Assembly (NCBI GenBank): GCA_963811165.1
Contig: CAWEQH010000010.1
Location: 32,001-96,000, forward strand
DNA length: 64,000 bases
Source: an uncultured Nitrospiraceae bacterium
Lineage (GTDB): Bacteria; Nitrospirota; Thermodesulfovibrionia; Thermodesulfovibrionales; UBA6898
Direction: 5' to 3'
The notes beneath the pieces are model-generated. The model ran no database searches and was not told the DNA's origin. It was given only the letters and a program-made list of their open reading frames with translations. Numbering within the stretch: the first letter of the stretch is position 1; each line of letters opens with the position of its first letter. This document shows, in pieces, positions 53,795-62,465 of the stretch. The position numbers and the translations under genes were made by a program.

Positions 53795-53925
53795 CAAGGA
53801 TACTGAGCGTTGTCCTGATGCTGTGTATCGCTGCAATTTTTATGGGATGCGCGACTTCTCAATATCAGGGGGACCGGACACCGGAGATGCATCCGGGGCA
53901 TACCGGCCACGAAGTGCATTATTAG
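53791..53925 (+). CDS. Small His-rich lipoprotein (44 aa, not in ORF track)
   Basis: RBS GGAGGA; ATGA overlap; MTRILSVVLMLCIAAIFMG-CATSQYQGDRTPEMHPGHTGHEVHY*. Confidence 0.6.
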   Translation: MTRILSVVLMLCIAAIFMGCATSQYQGDRTPEMHPGHTGHEVHY

Positions 53926-53948
53926 CAGGCCTCTGAGAATTTAAAATT

Positions 53949-54722
53949 TCAGTTTAGCTTTCGGGCGACAATATCTAGAAAAGATTCTGCCAGGGCGGCC
54001 AGGTTTTTGGCCGCCTTTCTGGAATTCCTGCCGAGCCATACAATATCTTTGACAAGTCCGGGTCTCTGAAGGACCGACTTAAGTAGCCAGAAATATGCTA
54101 TGTTGCCGGAGATGTCATGTGCATCGAGAAGTTCCCGCGGAATTTCCTGGAAGGCCGTATCGGATACGGCACGTGCAGCAAAAAAAGGAATTCCTCCCTC
54201 AAGCGCAGTCCTTGCAAGAACAAACGTCTCCATGTCACAAACCGGAAACGAGATGCCATCAGGCAAGATTTTGCGTATTTCGTCCTTCCTCACAAAGTGC
54301 TCAAGGGTCAATATGCACCCCTCACGATAAGAAATTGATCCGGCCAGTCCATCCGCTATTTTTTTCGCTTCGGGCAAAAAAATGTCGGAAATTTCAGGTG
54401 TTCCCCTTCCGGAAAACTTATCGCTGATAAAAAAAACTCTCGATGCCCAAATAAGATCTCCGGCAGCAAGCCCTTCATAAAGGGCGCCGCCGAAGCCCAG
54501 TGATAGTATAAAGTCAGGGTGAAGCTCTCGTAAGAGGGATTCCAGAGAAGACTCTGAATTAAGAGTGCCGATGCCGGTTCTGAGTAGAGTTATCTTGGAG
54601 GATTTCGTCTGGAACGAAAAGACAGCTCCGTTAGAGCTTTTCTCCCCTTTAGTCTTTGAAAGGTCTCTGCGTATAAATTTCAATTCCTGAGGGTTAGCGG
54701 CACAGATCAGCACCTTTTTCAT
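53949..54722 (-). CDS. hpnG: Nucleoside phosphorylase/MTA-SAH nucleosidase family protein, HpnG-like
   Basis: TGIG, ILSLGFGGAL, CDMET, RAVSD; lies within the hopanoid cluster. Confidence 0.75.
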   Translation of the reverse strand: MKKVLICAANPQELKFIRRDLSKTKGEKSSNGAVFSFQTKSSKITLLRTGIGTLNSESSLESLLRELHPDFILSLGFGGALYEGLAAGDLIWASRVFFISDKFSGRGTPEISDIFLPEAKKIADGLAGSISYREGCILTLEHFVRKDEIRKILPDGISFPVCDMETFVLARTALEGGIPFFAARAVSDTAFQEIPRELLDAHDISGNIAYFWLLKSVLQRPGLVKDIVWLGRNSRKAAKNLAALAESFLDIVARKLN

Positions 54723-54811
54723 ATTGACAGTTTACCCGTTTTCGATAGATTATAGCAGGTACATACGCTGCTTTTGATTATCAATACCCCTTAAGGGCGG
54801 CGAGCACTATA

Positions 54812-55981
54812 ATGATGTATATCGGATATACAAAGATTGTCCTTATGACTAGTATCTTGGCCGGATGCGGTTACAGTGTTTATGCACTGTTTTGCGTGGT
54901 TCGCTTTTTTTCATCGCGGGCGAATGACCCTGGTGAAAATAGACTCATGCCGATATCTGTTCTTAAGCCGGTGAAGGGTCTCGATCCTGACTTTCGGGAA
55001 AACATAGAAAGTTTTTGCCGGCAGGACTATCCGGAATACGAGGTGCTTCTTGGCTTTACTGATGAAGACGACGAAGCAGTGAAGGTCGCACAGGAGGTTG
55101 CGGGTTCGAGCCCCGAGGGGCGTGTCCGTGTTGTGGTAAGTCATGAGGATATGGGTATTAACCTCAAGGTCTCGAATCTCCAGGGACTTCTCAAAGAGGC
55201 GAGATATCCTGTCTTGGTGATAAGCGACAGCGACATGAGGGTGGGGAAGGATTATCTCAAGACCATTGCCCGTGAGTACCAGAGCCAACCGGGCGTCGGT
55301 CTCGTCACCTCGCTTTATAAGATATCCAATCCGGCTACTGCAGGGGCAGCGCTTGAGTCCCTTACGATCGCCCTCGATTTCATCCCGTCGGTTTTAGTTG
55401 CAAGGGAGCTTGAGGGAATGACCTTCGGACTTGGAGCATCGATGCTTCTTTCAAGGGACGCCATAGAGGAGATGGGCGGCCTCAGGGCGATAGCCGATTA
55501 TCTTGCAGATGATTACCAGATCGGCAACAGGCTTTCAAAAAAAGGTCATAAGATAATCCTTTCCGGATATGTTATCGAAGACGTTGCCGGCGATATGCTG
55601 CTTCAGGAATATTACGTGCATCAGCTGAGATGGGCGCGGACCTATAAGGCGTCCCGACCCTGGGGATTTTTCGGCTATGGAATAACCCATATTTTTCCCC
55701 TCTCGCTGCTTTTTTTTGGCCTGGAAGGCCCGACTGCCTTTTCCCTGTCGGTTCTAAGTGCGACGCTACTCATACGGCTGAGCCTTGCGGCGGCGGCATA
55801 TCGATTTGTGATACGCAGGGGAAGATGGCTGCGCTGGCTTTATCTGCTGCCGTTAAAGGATGTTTCTGCCTTTATCATATGGGCATGGAGTTTTGCCGGC
55901 CGGAGGGTCGTCTGGAGAGGGACCTCCTATACGATTGGAAAAGGTGGGACAGTGACCGAGTCTGCCTCAAGGCGTCTTTGA
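54812..55981 (+). CDS. hpnI: Hopanoid glycosyltransferase HpnI (GT2, ceramide glucosyltransferase-like)
   Basis: SVLKPVKG, SFCRQDYP, N.KVSNL, SDSD, LADDY, QLRWART. Confidence 0.9.
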   Translation: MMYIGYTKIVLMTSILAGCGYSVYALFCVVRFFSSRANDPGENRLMPISVLKPVKGLDPDFRENIESFCRQDYPEYEVLLGFTDEDDEAVKVAQEVAGSSPEGRVRVVVSHEDMGINLKVSNLQGLLKEARYPVLVISDSDMRVGKDYLKTIAREYQSQPGVGLVTSLYKISNPATAGAALESLTIALDFIPSVLVARELEGMTFGLGASMLLSRDAIEEMGGLRAIADYLADDYQIGNRLSKKGHKIILSGYVIEDVAGDMLLQEYYVHQLRWARTYKASRPWGFFGYGITHIFPLSLLFFGLEGPTAFSLSVLSATLLIRLSLAAAAYRFVIRRGRWLRWLYLLPLKDVSAFIIWAWSFAGRRVVWRGTSYTIGKGGTVTESASRRL

Positions 55982-56157
55982 GAAGAAATTGCACCGGCAA
56001 CAATATAATAGGTTGTAACCGGCTGGCCGTTTTTTGCGTCTTTGTTATATAATCTGTGTCATAAGAAGTAGAATTCCGCGAAGTCGAACTTCGGGGAGAT
56101 ACTTTTAGTTATATCCCGGTCCTTTAAAGGAAAATACCTATAAAGCAGGAGGCAATT

Positions 56158-56865
56158 ATGGAAAGACTCGACAGACGTAAATGGTTGGTGGTTTGTACGC
56201 TCTTGATCGTGGGAGTAATGCCGCTATTTCTGGGTGGCTGCGGATCAAATCAAAGTTCCCCGACCTTTAACATTACAGGCGGCTGGTACACGTTTTATTC
56301 GACAACAGGCACAGCGGGAGCGCAGGGGCCGAATTTGTTTACATTTACCGCAGCGGAAAACAACATTACCGGAGTCACCTCCCAAGGCCAGCCGATTACA
56401 GGCCAGATCACCGGACTGGATATTTCCTTTTCCTTTGTTGACAGCGATGGGGCTACTAATACTACGACCGGAACGGTCTCTGGGACCGATGGCTCTACCA
56501 TGTCCGGCACATGGACTAAAAGCAACGGGCAATCAGGGACATGGGAAGCAGTGATAAGTCTGGTTCCGCAGGTCAGCGTTGCGGGCAACTGGAACATGTT
56601 TCTAACGACGACCGGCGGCAGCGGAGAGCAGGGACTGGGTCTCTTTACATTCACGCAATCGGGAAACGGCGTTTCGGGAACTACGTCTGACAGCAACTCG
56701 ATCATAGGCGCTATCGGCCGTCTGGACATTACCTTTTTCTGGACGGGAACCGATGGAGTCACTCGCACTTTGATCGGGATAATAACCGCCGATGGGACCG
56801 GCATGTCGGGCACATGGTCTGACACGAGCGGCAAATCGGGCACGTGGCGGGCAACCAAGAGCTAG
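56158..56865 (+). CDS. Lipoprotein with two tandem beta-rich domains
   Basis: Lipobox LGGC; two ~95-aa repeats, each G.W...FTFT...MSGTW....G.SGTW.A. Confidence 0.8.
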   Translation: MERLDRRKWLVVCTLLIVGVMPLFLGGCGSNQSSPTFNITGGWYTFYSTTGTAGAQGPNLFTFTAAENNITGVTSQGQPITGQITGLDISFSFVDSDGATNTTTGTVSGTDGSTMSGTWTKSNGQSGTWEAVISLVPQVSVAGNWNMFLTTTGGSGEQGLGLFTFTQSGNGVSGTTSDSNSIIGAIGRLDITFFWTGTDGVTRTLIGIITADGTGMSGTWSDTSGKSGTWRATKS

Positions 56866-56939
56866 TGGATGGACTTTGGGTCATGGCGATTAGTACCATG
56901 GCATGAAGTAATATTTGCCCTTATCTGAAATATACTGAC

Positions 56940-56976
56940 GGGCAGCCGGTTTAGAGCAGTTTTCGGCCGGCTGCCT
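56940..56976 (+). terminator. Hairpin, probable terminator
   Basis: GGCAGCCGG...CCGGCTGCC stem followed by T-rich sequence. Confidence 0.5.
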
Positions 56977-57344
56977 ATCGGTTGTTCTTTTCCTGCTTCA
57001 GCAGATTCACGAAACTCCCCGTCCAACGAAGATCAACCCGGATCATTTCTTCGATCTCGTAAAGTCCGTTGGTAAATGTCCTGGGACACTACCAAATCCC
57101 TCTGATACTAATCCGGGCCTGTTCGCATCTTTTTTCCTTTCGAAGGCCCAGTTGCCCCTTATCGGCCTCCTCTGGAGATTGGAAAAAATTGTTATAAAAT
57201 GTGACATATCAATGGTCACGAAATTATCACGGAAAGATAAAATGTTGGTCACTGATGGTTTCTTGCCACGTTGTAATATGGGTTATTGTGATATGCTTAT
57301 TATGAATATTGGCAACAGTAAGAATGCTCAGGGAGCAAAAACGC

Positions 57345-58065
57345 ATGCCTCGCAGAATCCTTGTAATTGAAGACGATAAAGATATAGCCCATCTTGTTGA
57401 GCTCCATCTGAAAGATACGGGGTATGAAGTGACTCTGGCCCACGATGGTAATGCCGGCCTCGACCGGGCGCTCTCGAAACCCTATGATCTGATTATTCTG
57501 GACCTCATGCTCCCGGGGATGGACGGGCTGGAGATCTGTCGGCGCGTGAGGGCCGCGGTAGTGTATACCCCCGTGGTGGTGCTGACGTCCAAGTCTTCCG
57601 AACTTGACCGGGTCCTCGGTCTGGAGATCGGAGCAGACGATTATCTGACGAAACCATTCAGTATCCGGGAACTTATTGCGCGGGTCAAGGCGCTGTTCCG
57701 CCGCATAGAGGCGTTAAAGTCGGAAGCATCTCAGAAGTCGCGGAGACTGATTCAGACAGGTGATCTTGATTATAGATGTGGAAAAGCGGAGCGTCACGCT
57801 CCAGGGAAATCCCGTGTCCCTGACAGCCAAAGAGTTCGACCTCCTGATCCACTTTGCCAATCAACCCGGAAGGGTCTATACACGGATGGAATTGCTGAAC
57901 TTGGTCTGGGGGTACGGCTATGAAGGCTACGAGCATACTGTGAATTCTCACATCAATCGTCTGAGGGCAAAAATCGAGAAAGATCCTGCCAGGCCCCGTT
58001 ACATTTTGACTGTCTGGGGGGTCGGGTACAAGTTCTCCGATCCAGAAGATTTTAAAAAGGGATAG
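57345..58065 (+). pseudogene. OmpR-family response regulator with +1 frameshift near 57766
   Basis: Receiver domain (IEDD, LDLMLP, GADDYLTKPF) in one frame and winged helix (LTAKEFDLL, TVNSHINRLRAKIE, TVWGVGYKF) in the next; ggt gat cTtg att ata gat. May be a sequencing error. Confidence 0.85.
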
Positions 58066-58069
58066 TGTC

Positions 58070-59539
58070 GTGTTCAAAAACCTTTATTGTAAACTGGCTG
58101 CTGTGCTGGTAGGTCTGTTCTGCCTGACCGGGGTCCTCTTCATCCTGCTGACCCTCTACACCACACGTGTCTATTTTCAGGAAGTGAACCAGACGCTCAA
58201 TCGTGCGCTGGCACAGCACCTGATTTCAGAAAAGATACTGATGAAAGCGGGGCGCGTCAATGAACCGGTCCTTAAGAATGTTTTTCATACGCTTATGGTC
58301 GTCAATCCCGGAATAGAGGTCTATCTTCTCGATCCAAAAGGCAGAATCCTGGCATTTTCAGCGCCTCCTGGAAAGGTTAAAAGACAGACCGTATCACTAA
58401 AACCCCTGAAGGAATTCCTTGACGAGACCGGTTCATTTCCCATTCTGGGCGATGATCCTCGTGACCTCGAACGGAAAAAAGTGTTCTCTGTCGCTCCGGT
58501 TCCTCTCAAAGGCCCAATCGAAGGATATCTTTACGTCATCCTGGGCGGCGAAGAATTCGAATCGGCCGCCCAGTTGCTGCAGGGCAGCTATATTCTCCGG
58601 CTTAGCATATGGGCCGGAGCAGGGGGATTGCTGTTTGCCTTAATAACCGCGCTGCTTCTCTTCAACCGAATGACTCGACCGCTTCGGCAGCTAACTAAAT
58701 CCATGGAAACTTTCAGGCAGAGCGATTTCTCGGAGCATCCCGATTTTTTGCGCACCTTTAAGGGCGGCTCGCGGGATGAGATCGACCTCCTTGGATCGAT
58801 CTTCTGGCAGATGTCCGAGCGTATCATTCAACTGATAAAGGACCTCAAACACGTCGATACGCTCCGACGTGAATTAGTGACCAATATTGCCCACGATCTT
58901 CGGACTCCCCTGACATCCCTCCAGGGATACCTTGAGACCTTACTGCTGAAGAAAGGAGAGTTGACGCCGGAAGAGCAACAGGATTATCTCACGATTGCTA
59001 TGAAGCGTTCCAATCAATTAGGAAAGCTGGTTTCGGAGCTCTTTGAACTCGCGAAACTGGATTCACCCGACGTCCAGGTCCGCTTCGAATCCTTCTCTCC
59101 GGGTGAACTCATTCAGGATATCGCGCAGAAGTTCAGGCTTGTTGCCGAGAAGAAAAAGATCAGTCTCCAAACAAACTTCGTGGAAAATCTCCCCTTTGTT
59201 TCTGCAGACATCGGGCTGATCGAACGGGTGTTTGAGAACCTCATTGAAAATGCCGTCAGGTTCACGCCTGAAAACGGCTGTATTACCATCACGGTGGTTC
59301 CTAAGGAGGAGAGGGTGATGTTTCAGGTCTCCGATACCGGCTCAGGCATCCAGCCGGAGGACCTTCCGCATCTCTTTGATCGCTCTTATCTCATGAAAAG
59401 GGAGCGTGCGAAAGACACGGAGGGGGCCGGACTCGGCTTGGCGATCACCAAAAGAATCTTGGAACTACATGGAAGCGACATTGAGGTCAAGAGTGAGGTA
59501 AGTGTCGGTACGACTTTCTCATTCACCCTGCCGGTCTGA
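58070..59539 (+). CDS. Membrane sensor histidine kinase (HAMP)
   Basis: Two TM segments, periplasmic LMVVNP motif, AHDLRTPL, NLIENA, DTGSGI, GAGLGL. Confidence 0.93.
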   Translation: MFKNLYCKLAAVLVGLFCLTGVLFILLTLYTTRVYFQEVNQTLNRALAQHLISEKILMKAGRVNEPVLKNVFHTLMVVNPGIEVYLLDPKGRILAFSAPPGKVKRQTVSLKPLKEFLDETGSFPILGDDPRDLERKKVFSVAPVPLKGPIEGYLYVILGGEEFESAAQLLQGSYILRLSIWAGAGGLLFALITALLLFNRMTRPLRQLTKSMETFRQSDFSEHPDFLRTFKGGSRDEIDLLGSIFWQMSERIIQLIKDLKHVDTLRRELVTNIAHDLRTPLTSLQGYLETLLLKKGELTPEEQQDYLTIAMKRSNQLGKLVSELFELAKLDSPDVQVRFESFSPGELIQDIAQKFRLVAEKKKISLQTNFVENLPFVSADIGLIERVFENLIENAVRFTPENGCITITVVPKEERVMFQVSDTGSGIQPEDLPHLFDRSYLMKRERAKDTEGAGLGLAITKRILELHGSDIEVKSEVSVGTTFSFTLPV

Positions 59540-59686
59540 GACTCCGGCAATTGTCAATCGAAGTCTCAGTGTAGAGTGAAGGTCTTGACGATGATCGCGA
59601 ATTGGCGCATCCCGCGTGCGGACGAGGTTATAATTTCCAATAGTTAAGTTCCCGCAGGGCGGCCTTCTTTTTCTAAAATCTTCGTC

Positions 59687-59725
59687 CATGACAGAATTGT
59701 TATTTTATTGTGACTTTGTTGTGAT
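59687..59725 (+). promoter_or_regulatory. Response-regulator box (CusR/HprR-like) with 11-bp TTGT(T/G)A repeats
   Basis: CATGACAGAATTGTTAT imperfect palindrome; TTGTTA 59697, TTGTGA 59708, TTGTGA 59719. Confidence 0.55.
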
Positions 59726-60018
59726 TTTCTACTGCTAACTTGGAATTAAAGAATATCCTCTCCATGCAGATAGCCACTCGTGAAATTCGGCATCAGCAGC
59801 GAGCTATAGTGGGATCATACGAGCTTTTGATGTTTGTCAGGGAGGCAGGCAGGTTTTTCAGTAATGATGCAAAAAAGGAGGTGATGAAAAAGAGATGGAT
59901 TAAAGAACGTGCAAACGGAGGCATTAATAAGGTGAAAAAGGTGGTGAACAAAAAAGAGAGAATTTAAGAAACGCCCGAATACCTCCTAAACGGGTATGAA
60001 ATCGAAAGGAGAGATGAG

Positions 60019-60558
60019 ATGGACAAAAGGATATTATTGTTTATTATGGTTATCTTCACTGCGGCGATACTTATCTCGACGGTCGCTGGCTGTGGGAGCA
60101 GCGCTCCTGCCCAGATCGAGGCCAGCAGCGTTCAACTCCCTTTGGTGAACTGCTGGTACAAGGGCCAGGTGGCCTATTACATCCAAACAGAGGCATCCGA
60201 TCAACAAGTCGCCCAGCAGCAGGGCGTGAATTTCGTGCCGCGGCTGGCCAATGCGATCAATGCTGGGGCTGTGGATGATATCTTCGCGGTCACCAATTTC
60301 ACGCAGGGGAATGTGATCCCTTCGGCGCCGATTCCGGCTGGCCCAAACAACGCAGATCCCGATTATACTCCACTCTGGCAGGTGAGCACCGTAACGTGGA
60401 ACCAGGGCGCGACGCCGCACACGCTGAAATCGGAAGAGGATGTTCTGGCAGCCGAGGCAGCAGGAATGGTAACAATTGTGAAAACGAATATCGTCGTGAA
60501 CTGTCCGGTGATGTTTACTCCCCAAGGAGGTCTGCTGCCGACAGCAAAGCTCCTATGA
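60019..60558 (+). CDS. Uncharacterised lipoprotein
   Basis: Lipobox VAGC; WYKGQVAYYI.TEASD, DYTPLWQV, VVNCP motifs; RBS AAGGAG. Confidence 0.8.
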   Translation: MDKRILLFIMVIFTAAILISTVAGCGSSAPAQIEASSVQLPLVNCWYKGQVAYYIQTEASDQQVAQQQGVNFVPRLANAINAGAVDDIFAVTNFTQGNVIPSAPIPAGPNNADPDYTPLWQVSTVTWNQGATPHTLKSEEDVLAAEAAGMVTIVKTNIVVNCPVMFTPQGGLLPTAKLL

Positions 60559-60576
60559 TGGGCCGGCCATAGTCTC

Positions 60577-60607
60577 GATGGGGACGTGTCGATAATGCGT
60601 CCCCATC
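60577..60607 (+). terminator. Stable intergenic hairpin
   Basis: GATGGGGACG...CGTCCCCATC; weak T tail. Confidence 0.45.
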
Positions 60608-60715
60608 TCTCGCCGGAGATATAACTAAATTGCGGAGGATGCGCTATATCTTCTGACTGTCTTTAAGGGCAGGGACAACGGAGTAAAGAGTACAATGAAG
60701 GGGAGGTGTTGACTT

Positions 60716-61021
60716 ATGAATTATATGAAGAACCAAATCACTCAGTCTCTAACTCTTTTTGTTTTGATGCTGTTTATCTTTTCAGTGTATGGGGTTTCTC
60801 TCGCACAAGATGCCGGGACATCCAAGGTGATCTTTTATGTTAAATGATATGATGTCGGCAAGGAGGCCCTGGAAGGGCTGAAAGGAGTGAGGAGAGTTGA
60901 AAAAAGCTTTCTCTACTTTAAAGAGATAAACACTGTGTATTATGATCCGGCAGTAATTACTATTGAAGAAATGGAAGTGGCCTTAAAGAAGGCCGGTACT
61001 TACCTGGGAACGGTTAAATAG
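60716..61021 (+). CDS. Putative exported selenoprotein, mini-MsrA/HMA-like fold (UGA at 60845-60847 read as Sec)
   Basis: RBS GGGGAGGTG; signal peptide ending VSLA-QD. The frame continues 57 codons past TGA: KVIFYVK-U-YDVGKEALEGLKGVRRVEKSFLYFKEINTVYYDPAVITIEEMEVALKKAGTYLGTVK*. SECIS-like hairpin downstream. Confidence 0.75.
60865..60879 (+). promoter_or_regulatory. Candidate bacterial SECIS hairpin
   Basis: GGCCCT-GGA-AGGGCT; G-first apical loop ~23 nt 3' of the UGA. Confidence 0.55.
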
Positions 61022-61159
61022 CCAGAAACGTCCATGTTTTCAATAAATGGCTAAATTCTCGCATATCGATGGCCTCTATCGACTTGCTATATCTTATGCG
61101 GTTGATATACTTCTCTTAGAAGCAAAGTAGATTTTTCTAATCGGTAAACAGGGGGCAAA

Positions 61160-61642
61160 ATGATGTCAGCGCGAATCTTAAGGAGAAACGAAAAGAATAC
61201 TGTTGCGGCAATTCTTATCATGGCGGTGTTCTCTTTATTAGCTTTAAGTCCTGCATTCGCAATCGATCCTGTCAACAAAACTTCTGATGGCGCGGCGATT
61301 AAAGGTTATGACCCTGTGGCATATTTTACCGATAGAAAACCTGTGAAAGGGAGCAGGGTCTTCGAATATGTCTGGATGGGCGCAAAGTGGCGCTTCTCGA
61401 ACGCCGGGCACAAAGATCTATTTATTAAAGACCCCGACAAATATGCGCCGAAGTACGGCGGTTATTGCGCGTATGCGGTTAGCCAGGGGACCACTGCCGA
61501 TATTGATCCTGATGCTTGGAACATTGTTGATGGAAGGCTGTACCTTAACCTCAGCAAAAGAATAAAGGACAAGTGGATCAAAGACATACCGGGATATATC
61601 AAAAAAGCGGACGAGAATTGGCCCAAAATACTTAAAAAATAG
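61160..61642 (+). CDS. Exported YHS-domain protein (Cys form)
   Basis: Signal peptide; AIKGYDPVAYF, WRFS, P.KYAPKYGGYCAYAV, W.IVDGRLYLN, ADENWP. Confidence 0.88.
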   Translation: MMSARILRRNEKNTVAAILIMAVFSLLALSPAFAIDPVNKTSDGAAIKGYDPVAYFTDRKPVKGSRVFEYVWMGAKWRFSNAGHKDLFIKDPDKYAPKYGGYCAYAVSQGTTADIDPDAWNIVDGRLYLNLSKRIKDKWIKDIPGYIKKADENWPKILKK

Positions 61643-61791
61643 ACCAGTGAATATAGGCGACTGTAAGGGGGTGATAAAGGCAATCTTCAGAGGTCGGAGT
61701 TGAAGGGATTTGAGTTTATTTTTTCTTAAGGGTCCGAGGACAAACTAAAAACTAATTTAAGAAATTAGAAATGATTAAAGGAGGATTCGCC

Positions 61792-62232
61792 ATGAAAAAG
61801 ATATTTGTATTATCCACAGTAGTTGTCTTTACCGTAGTTCTGATGCTTTCCATCGGGGGCCAATTCTCGCAGGCGGCAGAAAAGATGATGCACAAGGACA
61901 TGATGATGAAAGACGGCGACATGATGATGGAAAAAGGCCAGATGATGATGGACAAGGGCAAAATGATGAAGGAAGGCACGATGGACAAGGACACGATGAT
62001 GAAGGAAGGCGATACAATGATGCAAGAAGGCCAAACGATGATGGATAAGGGCAAGGAAATGAAGGACAAGAAAATGATGAAAAGCGGAAAGATGATGATG
62101 AAGGATGGGAAGATGATGAAGGAAGGCAAAATGGATAAGAAGAAGATGATGAAAGAAGGCGACATGATGATGAAAGAGGGCGAAATGATGATGGATAAAA
62201 GCAAGAAGATGAAGGAAGGCATGATGAAATAA
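61792..62232 (+). CDS. Exported methionine-rich repeat protein
   Basis: Signal peptide, then ~40 Met in ~117 residues in MMxxGxx-like repeats; RBS AGGAGG. Confidence 0.85.
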   Translation: MKKIFVLSTVVVFTVVLMLSIGGQFSQAAEKMMHKDMMMKDGDMMMEKGQMMMDKGKMMKEGTMDKDTMMKEGDTMMQEGQTMMDKGKEMKDKKMMKSGKMMMKDGKMMKEGKMDKKKMMKEGDMMMKEGEMMMDKSKKMKEGMMK

Positions 62233-62320
62233 AAGAACACGTCTCAGGCTAAAATCCTTACAAAAAGGATAAGAGCTTATGGGGAATACTGAGAAGTTCA
62301 TGAGTAAGACAGTACACTCT

Positions 62321-62402
62321 GTTATTCCTGCTTGTCGGGAGTCCTCCTGGCTTTTGTGAATCAGCCGGGCGGCAAGAATGGTTCCGGACAAGCAGGGATG
62401 AC
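62321..62402. repeat. REP-like inverted repeat element
   Basis: GTTATTCCTGCTTGTCGGGAGTC ... GGTTCCGGACAAGCAGGGATGAC; ends resemble those of the 45692 element. Confidence 0.6.
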
Positions 62403-62465
62403 AAAATGGATACAATCATGTCGCCTTGCCGATGACCGCGACGCCGTTAGAGAGGAGGATATGTC

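Noticed and set aside
57000..57260. Short ORFs upstream of the response regulator
   Set aside because: No convincing RBS or motif; probably promoter or decayed sequence.
59740..59967. 75-aa ORF or short basic peptide MKKRWIKER...
   Set aside because: TTG start without an RBS; the internal AGGAGG is only 2 nt from the ATG; no recognisable family.
60556..60625. Possible Sec read-through of the lipoprotein TGA, which is also followed by a hairpin
   Set aside because: The protein looks complete at the TGA and the ~22-codon extension has no recognisable features. The hairpin fits a terminator or stabiliser.
61880..62232. Possible CRISPR array or VNTR
   Set aside because: The repeats are degenerate coding repeats with no constant repeat-spacer structure, and no cas genes are present.
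61752..62415. Antisense poly-His and poly-Ile ORFs
   Set aside because: They are mirror images of the ATG-rich repeat gene on the + strand.
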